A stretch of DNA of 60,924 nt, filler included, from Catajapyx aquilonaris (lineage: Eukaryota), in assembly GCA_000934665.2 (NCBI GenBank). It is 2 parts of 2 records of this genome, joined end to end, with 100 filler letters (N's around TTAATTAATTAA, not from the genome) between each part and the next. Parts side by side here need not be neighbours in the genome. Positions count along the whole stretch, not along the records: positions 1 to 30,744 come from JYFJ02004689.1; 1 more part is not named here. One strand, given 5' to 3'. The notes beneath the pieces were generated by a model. It searched no databases, was not told where the DNA came from, and was given only the letters and a program-made list of their open reading frames with translations. The position numbers were made by a program, and so were the translations under genes. How positions within the stretch are numbered: position 1 is the first letter of the stretch; every line of letters begins with the position of its first letter. Shown piece by piece: positions 1-10,295 of the stretch.

Positions 1-722
1 TAACACAAATACATGCCAGAAGTAGCCTTGGTCTGGGATTTGGGATTTTTGTTCATAACTAGCTAGCCCATGCCTGTAAACATACATTCCATCACTTTGT
101 TGCATCAAAATGACATTACTGGATAAATTACGGCACAATTAAAAGTGCCTTCAAAATTGGCGGGAAAAATGCCCCGGCCGGGTGGTGCCAATCGAAAGGT
201 TACACTGAAATGCCTGGTTGACTGCCAGATATGAGGAATTTGACTTTGAATTAACTGCGGACACGACGGAAAGCATTCGCAAGGCGGCTGCAGGCCATCG
301 AGGTGGAGAAAAGGGGGCTTCATGTGCCGAATTCGGGTGACAGATAATTCCGACCTGGTGGCATCACTGCCATGTACAAAGCGGCTTGAGCGACCTGGAA
401 TAAATACGCGCCCCGGCCTCTATCTTGCTCACGGAATGGGACGGTTGCTAACAACAGCGAAGCATGTTACGACAATGACGGGGAGCGTTCTATAACACCA
501 TTTTTGCGTTCATTTCACTTCGCGTGACGTCAACATTTTCTAGGCTAACAGTGACGTCACCATTAGCCTACATAAAAACCCCAATTACTCCGGAACTGAA
601 ACTGATATCTTAAAACGGAATATGCCAAAAAAAATCCAAAAAATATGGGCGAATTTATTATGTAGTTTCCAAAATGAAGGCTACTTCCCCATTATGTATT
701 TTAACCCAGATGTGCCTGAAAA

Positions 723-930
723 TTTTTGACTTCTCATCATCGAAAAAAAAGTATTATAGAACGGCTCTGTCCATCCGTCTGTGGACAGGTATCAGGGTCT
801 CAACCACAAGACATAGCGACAAACGGTTTTCGGATTCAGATTAAGCTTGACCTAAATAGGTGTCATGGTCATCTTCCGGTGACCAACCACTTCTGGTTTT
901 CCAGGTTCACTCTATCTGCACAAGTCTACT
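723..930 (+). mobile_element. Degenerate copy of the Helentron/DINE-like (HINE) element at 8132-8493
   Basis: Aligns by eye to the reverse complement of the 8132-8493 element (ctctgtcc.tccgtctgtgg.caggt..ctcaacc.caaga.ata.cgacaaac.gtttt..gacctaaat..gttcactctatc.gc.caagtcta). Confidence 0.6.
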
Positions 931-1149
931 TCGCAGGCAAGTTATCATTGGATTTCAAAATTAGTTTCCCTGGATTCCTGACCATGTGTGTCGGGGATTT
1001 AGCCAGGGTTTTTCCTGGTGCTCTGGCACAGGGGCTGTGGAATTAATTCCTGACGTTGGACACGTTTCCGATCAGCGTCCTCAGCTGCCATGATTTTATC
1101 GCAGAGGCCGATACTGGGATCAATATGGCGTCTACATTACAATATATCG

Positions 1150-1489
1150 GGGAGGTGTGGTGGCCGAGATGGTAACGTCTCGGCTTGCTGAGTGAAAGGC
1201 CCCAGGTTCAATCCCCGCCTGGGGAACTTTCCTTTCGCCTGCGTCAGGAGGGTCTCTGACCTGCACCAAGGAGGTGTCTGGCAACCTAACCTCCTGGGGG
1301 ACAGCACATGACCCAGTTGTAGACATTGCACTTGCACCTACGTTCCCTCCCCAAAAATCCCTTCCCCTACCCGACATCCTTGACTCCTTGCACCGGTGTA
1401 TGAAGAAAAGTGTAATACACATAGAAAACTGATGGTGGTGAGCCACCCCCCTATAGGGCTTAGGCCCACAACGGGGTACATAAAAAAAA

Positions 1490-1518
<29 letters not shown>
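1150..1518 (+). mobile_element. tRNA-derived SINE (family A)
   Basis: A box TGGCCGAGATGG, B box GGTTCAATCCC, A-run plus (AAT)n tail. Flanked by a ~16-bp TSD tacattac(a/g)atatatc at 1133-1148 and 1519-1534. Confidence 0.85.
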
Positions 1519-1521
<3 letters not shown>

Positions 1522-1777
1522 ATTACGATATATCGATTCACACTTGTGACCCTTATGATATGTCACTTTATTTGGGGGGAAATTACCCATAAAGTTTCAT
1601 ACTTGAAAGAATGAGAAAAGGTCTACTATAATCACGCTCACGTGATTTGCCAAGATTCTTGTTTCCCCCTAGCTATGCTCACCTTAATTTTTACTACCCA
1701 AGGTAAAAACCATCTCCTGCTATACTGCACTGCTAGCCTATCATTAGCCTATCATTTGCTTGCTCGTACATCTAGAT

Positions 1778-2150
1778 CAATGGTTCCCAACCCAACTCGA
1801 GTCTCGACCCCCTTTCATAATGATCAAGTCACCTGCGACCCCCCGCCCATTTGCGTAAAATGGCATAACTCGTGCCTGCCGCGCTTGGCAACAAGGCCAG
1901 CAAATATGGACTTCAATTGTGATGCGAGTATTAGTAGAAAGTTAATGTAGTGTCATTAAATAGGCCTATTAGGTATTAATTAACATGTTAAATGAAAATT
2001 TATTTAATTTATTGTCTTTGCCCTGCAAAAAAATGCCTTTTTATGGTGTGCAAATGTGTGGGATGGGGGTGGGGGGGAGGGGGGGTCGCAAGTTACTTGG
2101 CTATTATAAAAGGGGGTCACGACTCGAGAAAGGTTGGTTGGTAACCACTG
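1778..2150. mobile_element. hAT (Charlie-like) MITE in an INPP5F intron
   Basis: Termini CAATGGTTCCCAACC / GGTTGGTAACCACTG, with ~65 bp of imperfect inverted repeat (ctcgagtc.cgaccccc...). Flanks atctagat / ttctaagg resemble a decayed 8-bp NTCTAGAN target. Confidence 0.7.
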
Positions 2151-2171
2151 TTCTAAGGAGACCATGCGTAC

Positions 2172-5100
2172 CTGGACCCAGGCAAGTCGGTGATGCCCTC
2201 TGAACCACAAGGCTTGTTCTGTCTCCACATAGTTTGCCACACACCCTTCTTCATCGACTCCTCTCCGACGATACCTGGTCCCAGCACGGTGCCTGGATCT
2301 CCGTGAGACCAGCGCCAGAGTCACCTCCTCAGAACGACCATCATCCAGTGGGATTGTACAACGCTCAACCTAAACAGACAGAAACAAAATCATCCACTTA
2401 CGAAACTACTCATGTACGCACATAGTGTGATTGTAAGCTATGACTGGTTTATGAGAAACTAGTGTGGGTCAATGATTGACATTAATTATAACCACCATCA
2501 TTCCTATTTCTTGTGTACGTAGCACCTGGCATGCCCGGGGGACAAGAACAGGGTTAGGAGTGACTGAAGTTTTGTATTCCAAGTTTCTGGAAAATTAACT
2601 CCCCAAATCTACATTAGAATTCCACACCTGCTTCTGCCAGTTTGGCATAAGGTGTTGCAGAAAATCCTGTCAAAAATCCTGTCATCATATCAAAATCCTC
2701 TGCCATGCCCATCACCTCCAAATGAAGTTGAGCAATGAAGTCAGCAGCCCCTTTTCAGGATCAACACAACTTCTGCTTTTAGGGCCGGCGCAAAGGGGCA
2801 ATTTGGAGGCAACTTGGGAGCAACCCGCCCACCCAGGACGGCACAGCGCATTGCGCTGTCCTTGGGCAATGTGCGCGTGCAGATTTCCTGCAGCCAAGAA
2901 ATGGAGCCGATCTGGGTGTGCTGGCGTGGGCTGGGTTGGGCTGCGACACTTGTACCCTCTAGCGGGCAACACGAGTATTTTGATATGTGCGTGCAAGTTG
3001 CCTCCCACCCACATTTCCCCGTTTGCACCGGCCCTTAGACAGACGCACAAAGCCAATAAAGAAATAGCAACTGGGGTCATTTTTCTCCCCAGTTCTTTTG
3101 GGGTGGTGGTTCAGTTTTGTGCGGCCCATTCCTCACATTGCTTAGCTAGATTTCTCCTTCCCTGCCCCAAGGGTCAGGTGGTGGCCAAGGTGACAATATT
3201 GCAAGAAATTTCTGCACTTTCCAAAGGGACTTGCCATTTGTCATATAGGGATGAGGCGTATGACTGAACAATGTTTTCCAGCCACGCCCTTGTTGTTTTC
3301 CTTCTCCTAAATGTCCTTAGTAGTAACAACAACAAATCAAGTGGACAGAGCATGTCATCTTGTTAGATGTGGCAAAAATTAACGTTTCATTCAGACCTGA
3401 ACATAGCCATGCAGCAGGGGAAGTATCCACGGATCTGCTCCTTCCTGGCCAATGAGATCTCCCAACATGGATCGGTTCCAGAAGAAGCGGTCGTCTACCT
3501 GCTGCCAGGCTGGCTCTTGGCTGGTGGATGACTTGCGGGAGTCCTCCCTTCGCTGGAGTGAGTTGGTGAGATCTCCTCCTCCAAAATAGAAACCCATCTC
3601 TGTCAGCATGCGGTGGACCTCCTCCAGCAAGCGACGCTCAACCTGCAAGAATGGGGAATGGTCAAGGAGGGTGGTGGGTGTGGGCATGTCAACTGCGACG
3701 GCCTGAATGAGGCTGGCAGCAGACCTTCTCCTTTCCCTCTGGCTCCAGGTCCATCCCAGTGACCCCTCCCTTGGCCTTGGCCATGGCCTTTCCTGCAATG
3801 GCCTGCGTTCCAGTCTTGATGGTGTTGGTGGCAGAGCGCAGGTGGCCCAGGGTCTTGGCCATCCCCCCACCGATGCTGGCCACAACTGGACCATGGTTGG
3901 AGGAGTTGGCAGTGCTGTTTCCCTGGGAGGCTGCAGCACTGTGCTTTGGGCATGGATCCAGCCCAGAGGAGGAGTGTGGGCTGCCCCCAGAGTCGCTGCC
4001 TATGGAGGGACCTCCTGTGCCCAGGCGCAGTATGCACACACCTGTCACCTTGTACACCGGGATGCCATCCAGCCGGCCAACCTCAGCACACTGCTTCACC
4101 AGAACCAGGTGGCGGTCCAGGTCTGGAGAGAGAGAGTGAGAGAGAGGGAGGAAGATCAAGGTCCATGTCAGTGGCCCATGGCAAGCTGGTTGGAAACGCA
4201 GCCACTCATTGTCCACAGGGCAGTGCATTGTCCACATGAAGGGCACCATAAACTTCTGCTAAAATTATTCACAACCTGTGACACTAGGTTGAAGGTGGCA
4301 CTTCCTATCCCTAACTGAACCACGCCACGACAATCATTCAACCTGGCCTGTGTGCACTCTTCACCAATCAGCCAATCCACTAAGAAACCGCAGTATACAG
4401 AAACCAAAGCACTCTTCTTACACACCTAGCAGAACATAAAATTTCACTTAGTCTTATACATGCAGTAGCAAGTGGGAAAAAATCTACAATCTGCTTCATG
4501 GTGATACTTTCTTAACGAGAGTCAGGTCTGGAACTGAACCCGCCATACGTATTAGAGAAGTATGCCAGTCAGGGCCATATTATGCAGGATTTTTGTTCGG
4601 AGGGGGTTTGCTACCTTACACCTCCCCCCGCCCCTCCCCCCCGAGCTCGATCACAGTATAAATAAATAAATAATTAATAAATAATACCCTCTGCTGGAGA
4701 AATTTGTGTTCAAGGTCACACAAACTTAGGTGAATGTAACTGACAAAGTACAGTGGAATCTTCCTAAAGCACATCGGCTATAAGCAAGCTCTACAGTAAG
4801 CCCTGCATATAATAACCACTGACTCACTCACACGTGCGTTAGCGCGTGAATGTTCGTTTTCGTGTAAGTTTTGCCAGTATCTCTTATTACTTTCACCCTT
4901 GGGGTATTTGCTTAACAACTAATTATTGCTGAGAGCAGATATATGCAATCCTTACACAATATTGCAGATTTTGTGTAGATATATTTTAATTTATATGTTA
5001 ATTCCATTACTATTACAACATTACTCTATTATCCACTTCTAAGAGGTATGGTGTTAATGTAACAGGGATTTGGCAAGAGTGGCATTTGATGTGGATGGAG

Positions 5101-7268
5101 GTTTCCCAGCCGAGCTGTTGATCACCCAGTTTTTCAAATTCTCTGCAAGGGAAACAGTAACTGTCGCCAAATAATTTTTGTACCACCGAGTATAACAGGA
5201 AATCCTACTTCTATCGAGACACATTTCTTACAAATGGATCCAGTCCCATTGAGTGACCAAATTCTTGCAGAGTAATGAATTTCAACCTTATTAGTTCACA
5301 GATAATAATTTGACAGTGATGTTCATATTGTCCATGGGATTTTCTCACGTGCAGCAGAAGTCAGTATTTCATAACAACTCATGTGTGCATGGCATATAAC
5401 ATTTTGTAACAAAAATATAAGATGATTGAGCCGCCACTTTTATTATTAATATCTGACTGAATTAGGGTACAATGACTCATTATTAAAAATTTAACCTTGC
5501 TGCTCAATGGAAGGTTTGCGGGAAGGTTGCATTTTGAGAGAAGTTGTCAAGTGGCTGAAGTGAGTCCTTACAAATTGCTGCGGACTGGCAGTGAGAGTGG
5601 GCAGGATATTTATTTTACCAAATATTCCCGTTACTTGAATAAATTAGTTTTCACTGGACACTTTTTTGTGTGCATATTTTGTCACTATGCGAACTTGTTG
5701 GCAGTCTGACTTGACACCACATCCCCATTGGCACAAGTAAATGAGGTGAGCATGAGACCATGCCTCCTCTCTCATGAGCCAATCATTTTTATTTTATTTT
5801 TTTCATTACCCCACGGGGGGAGTTATACTACTCCTTAGGGGGGGTGGGTTGCCACCTTTGGAATTGTTTTTGGAGCGAGTTTAAGAAGAATCTTAATTAG
5901 TATGCTCCAAGGGTGGGTGGGAGGGGATGTGCAAAGTGCAAGTGCAATGTCTCTAATCGTCATTTTGTGAACTCCCCCGGGTGGCTTAGTCTGCCGGAAA
6001 TTGCCACCCGAAACGAAGCCAGAGATGGCCCAACTCTGCACGAAAGAAGGTGGGAACCCCGGGTGGGGATTGAACCCGGGACCTTAACTTCCGTGGGCGC
6101 GCGCGTTACCGCGGCGCCACTCCGTCTCCCCAGAGCCAATCATAATTAGCAGCAGGTGAAGTGGAATTGAAGGATATACCTTACAGAGAACAGTATAACA
6201 ATAGCTTATGAGTGTACAGAACATTAATACCAGAGATGCACCTGTCACTGAACATGTGGTAGGATTCTGACCAGATTCCGTGATTTTGGAGCCCATGGCA
6301 TTGACCTCTTATGCACTGGCCTTACGAATGCACATTTGGGTGCATGTTTACAGCGAGGCTCAAATGAGAAACTGGCAAATTGTGTGTGTCTTCCTGCCTC
6401 CCACTTTACCATTGCACTCTCTCCTTGTCAAACAAATTACACACTGGTTCATCATCTCCTAAACTAGAAATAGGCTTGCACCTGCGATGAACTGTGTGGA
6501 GGCCATCACAGTGCAAAAATATACTGACCAGGGTGGACCTTGAGGACCCCAACAAGTCCGTAGGCGACTCCAAGGCAGACAGGGTTGCGTGAAGACAGCA
6601 GGTTCCAACCTGAAAAAGTGCAAAGTCTTGTGACTGAGCCACTCCAGCATGATGCAGTAAATGCCAACACATAGCCATATGATCTGCTACCTAATGAAAG
6701 AGCAACGTTTCTCTTTTCATTCCACGCAGGTCTATCCACACAGAATGGCCACAACTGACGGCAGCTTACAGGAAAAGGTGATGTGAATTGTAGAGGAATT
6801 GAACAGAGAAGGCAATAGGGCCTGTTGACACAGGCACTTTTTGTAGTGACCAGGGTGTGGCAGGTGTCCATGTCTGGATTAAAGGTTGTTGCCAATTAGT
6901 GGCAAAAGCTGTTTCAACAAGTTGAAACAGCTTTTGCCACTAATTGGCCATCAGGTGTAGGCGTGTAGCCTATCAGGCATCCTGCCTAGGATGTTTTGAG
7001 AGTTGTTGAAATTGTAGAAGGTAAGCTTATACATTGATCTATCTGGATTGATCCTTGCGCAATATGAACCAAAACCATGCACTCTGTGATGTTTATAGTG
7101 GCTGTGTGAGGAGAGCATGAAAAGTGATTGTATATTGATTATTATACCATCCTTGACGTGCAGTGATCCGTCCCTGGTGCTGCACCAGAGGCTGGCAGTG
7201 GTGGTGGTGGTGTTGGAGGAGGAGGAGGTGACTAGTACGTAGTGGTCTTCGACCTGCAGGACCTCCAT
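2172..7268 (-). CDS. INPP5F: Phosphatidylinositide phosphatase SAC2 (INPP5F-like), 5' part; gene continues beyond the left edge
   Basis: Five GT-AG exons in consistent phase: 7268-7148 ([12 protein letters not shown]...[16 protein letters not shown]), 6609-6529 ([26 protein letters not shown]), 4122-3725 ([29 protein letters not shown]), 3642-3397 ([40 protein letters not shown]), 2369-2172 ([35 protein letters not shown]). These are hallmark SAC-domain motifs. The N-terminus parallels vertebrate INPP5F (MELFQAKDHY..LWCSRRDG..NPICLG), recalled rather than searched. Catalytic CX5R exons are not in the window. Confidence 0.92.
2782..3034. mobile_element. PIF/Harbinger (Tourist-like) MITE
   Basis: TIRs GGGCCGG(C/T)GCAAA.GGG..ggaggcaacttg, with a 3-bp TTA duplication at 2779-2781 and 3035-3037. 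Confidence 0.75.
5787..6132 (-). mobile_element. tRNA-derived SINE (family B), full-length
   Basis: Minus-strand head GGGGAGACGGAGTGGCGCCGCGGTAACG..GGGTTCAATCCC and A-rich tail. Perfect 11-bp TSD gagccaatcat (5776-5786, 6133-6143). Homologous to 38652-38992. Confidence 0.85.
6891..6948. repeat. Perfect 58-bp palindrome (28-bp arms, 2-nt loop) in INPP5F intron 1
   Basis: gccaattagtggcaaaagctgtttcaac-aa-gttgaaacagcttttgccactaattggc. Confidence 0.9.
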
Positions 7269-8131
7269 GGTGGTGGGGCACAGCTGCAGCCCCTCTCCTT
7301 CTGCTGCCCTGGTCCCTCCACTTCCTCCTCCGATTGCTGGCATGACGGTGGGTCTGTGATGAGTGGATTGGGGGGTGTCAGAGGCAAAGGTCCCCCTTTG
7401 GAGAGAGAGAGTAGGAGGAGGAGGAGGAGGAGAATAATCCCCCACCTGTCTGTGTGGTGGTGCCTTGGTGCGTGTGCTGTGCTCAGGAGGAGGAGGTGTC
7501 CAGGGGCTGCCGTGTCCAGGGCAGCCTGGATGAGACGGCGCGAGATGTTGTTGTTGTTGTGCGGGTGTCCCAATGGTTGTGGTGTCTGGGCTGTCAACAA
7601 CAACAACAACAACTCCAGAGGGTGGACTACGCGGAGACCGTGCTACAGACACTTTGACAGAGGCTGGCTGCTAGGGCGGATGGAGGGGAGGGGAGGAGGA
7701 GGAGGAGAAGTCTCTGGAATGGAGATGGACGATGGCGGGTAGTCACTCTCATCGATCACAGGGAGGGAGGGGTGGGGGAGGGAGGGAGGAGGGATCGATC
7801 CAGATCGATCGATCGATCGATACCAGGGGAATCGTCCCGAGTAGCGAGCAAGGGGATCGATGGGATCATCATCGGGATGACCTGCTGTTCGAATAGAATG
7901 TCCTGAACCAGATGACACATGATTCGGATTTCGAACATCTTATTCTTCGCCTATAGTTTCCAATGCTACTTCATGCCTAGCGTTACTCGTTGTGAGACAC
8001 ATCATCACCTCGGCTGCTAATTATTATGCTCACTTCAGCCCGCGCGGGCTCAAAATATACAAGCCAAACTTCAGCATTGATAGCGACCAGCCGACCACAT
8101 AATTATAATGACAATGAAGTGTGTAGGCCCT

Positions 8132-8493
8132 AATCAGTTTCTACACTTTCCCTCATCTGAAAAAAAAGGCCTAGTCGGTCCACGGAAACTATAATTTCGA
8201 AATCCAACGATAATAATAACACCCGCCCCATAAAGTATAGCTAGACTTGCGCGGATAGAGTGAACATGGAATACCGGAAGTGGGGGGGTCACAGGAATCA
8301 GTTGACCATATGGCACATTTAGGTCACGATTAATCCGAATATGAAAACAGTTTGTCGTTATATCTCTTGCGGTTGAGGCCTTATTGACACCTGCCCACAG
8401 ACAGACGGACGGACATACGTAGTATACGTACGGACGGACAGAGTGCTGGTTCTGTAGGACATTTCCCGATGAGGAAAAGTGTAGAAACTGATT
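8132..8493 (-). mobile_element. Non-autonomous Helentron/DINE-1-like (HINE) element or MITE
   Basis: 26-bp inverted ends aatcagtttctacacttt(c/t)cctcatc, a short hairpin near one end, and an internal (GTCC/GTCT)n microsatellite. A second copy lies at ~723-930. Confidence 0.7.
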
Positions 8494-8682
8494 GCACACT
8501 TCAACTATTTCATTATAATTAAATTATGTGGTCGCTAATGTAAGCCCATTGTGTATGAAAATCTATTATATTTTTGGCACCTTCAGACGGCATAACTTAA
8601 TTGCAAATATGGGCCTCCGCCCGAAATATTTCAGTTTTGGTTATCATATTCATAGTACCGTATATGCAGCAAGACACTACGG

Positions 8683-8735
<53 letters not shown>
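8683..8735. repeat. (TTG)n microsatellite
   Basis: Uninterrupted ttg run. Confidence 0.95.
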
Positions 8736-8736
<1 letters not shown>

Positions 8737-9186
8737 GGACTTGACAAAGCTCAAAACCAGGCCATCAAATTCATACCTCAAAGTCACCAGTTTCATCAGC
8801 ATGCTGTTGGAACTGCGAAATGCCTGTGTAGATAAGCAGTGGGAAAAACATTTTATATATCCATCGTTTTAAATGAATTTCCATTAATTATTGCATAAAT
8901 GATAAATTATAATTTAATTATCTGAAAATCGATAAAATTAGCTAAATATATCGAGGAAAATGGCCTGTATAGATAAAAAACAAACTTTATTTTGTGCATT
9001 TAAAAGAATTAAAAAGAAAAGCACAGGCATAAAATTGAGCAATTTTAATTTGTCAACATTTTCAGGAATACCGAAATCTTTGAGCGGGCCGCACATATTG
9101 TCTCCACTGGCCGTAGTTTGCTGTAAATCCTTAGTATAACGTTACTTGAATCATAAAATAATGTATTGATACCTTGTATAACAGTA

Positions 9187-9800
9187 CAGTACAACTTCCC
9201 TGTCGAAGTTCTCTATAAGTCGAATAAAATGACGAGCTTGGTTGGCCACAATTTATTGCAAGATTAGTATGCATGGGAAATAAACTTCCCTAACTCGAAT
9301 GTCTATAACTCGATGTTCTCCATAACTCGAAGTGCAGGCAGGGCCTTACGATGGGATATCAATGCATTTTCAGTCTCCCTAAGTCCAAGTTCATGTTGGC
9401 GAGTACGGAAAATCGTCTCATTTCCCAGCCGAAGGGTAGTGAGTACGTCGAGTACGTATAGGTCACATGTACAGAAAGGCTCAATTTCCTCATCTCCGTC
9501 TACCAGACGAACCGAAAGAAGTGTTTGACATCGATTGTGCAATTGAATCCTGGAATCTAAGAGAGTAGGATAATGTCCATAACTGAGATTTTTTTTACAA
9601 CAAAACAACGAGGAACATTGTAAGTGTGATAGTGACAGTTATTTTTAAGTTTTGAACACCTTTCGTCGCTGGATATAAGGGTATAGGCTTCCTTATAGAG
9701 TTATGTGCTTTAAAAAATCCAAACTTCTGTAACTCGAATGTTCTATAACTGGAGGTTTTTTTCCGGTCCCATGGAGATTCGACTTATAGAAGTTTTACTG
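9187..9800. mobile_element. pogo/Tigger-like MITE (Tc1/mariner superfamily)
   Basis: TA|CAGTACAACTTC..CTATAAGTCGAAT ... ATTCGACTTATAGAAGTTTTACTG|TA, with repeated subterminal (c)tataactcga motifs. Confidence 0.75.
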
Positions 9801-10114
9801 TAGTTGGACATTCGCAATAATTGCGAGTGTCAAGTGCAAAACCTGATGAATGCCTGATGAACGCAATAAACCTTCAAGTATACGATGGGTTGCCTACCCA
9901 CTAGGCGCAACAGACCCAGCAAGGTGGATACGGCCCTACGTATACCCCCGTACGGGGGCATTTCCGGACATGGGTACCTATAAGCTCAAAATACTTGCCT
10001 ATGGGGCCTCTACCCACCCTGTGATGTTCGCCAAAGTTAGCGTGGTCACCCTGTATGTCCGGGAGTGGGCAATGTGAAAGAGGACATATATACAGAGTGA
10101 ATGCATGCAACAAA

Positions 10115-10120
10115 TTTATT
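10115..10120 (-). terminator. Probable polyadenylation signal (AATAAA) of the LLTP gene
   Basis: tttatt on the + strand, about 175 nt downstream of the TAA stop at 10296-10298. Confidence 0.5.
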
Positions 10121-10295
10121 TCAGCTCTCGGCATTTGGTTCTACATAACATTGCGGTAAATAACAATAATCAGCAGTTATCAATCATTTCGTCATGAAAA
10201 TGAACATGAAAGGAAGGTTTTAAATTAATGTGAATCAACGATCATTGGTGTTTGCGTTGTAGCCCCTTGCTACGTAATCATTGCGTGGCACATAA

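Noticed and set aside
8528..8872. Poly-Cys ORF, and similar poly-Tyr, poly-Leu and SLSL ORFs at 1132-1590, 44443-44655 and 45309-45679
   Set aside because: These are translations of microsatellites.
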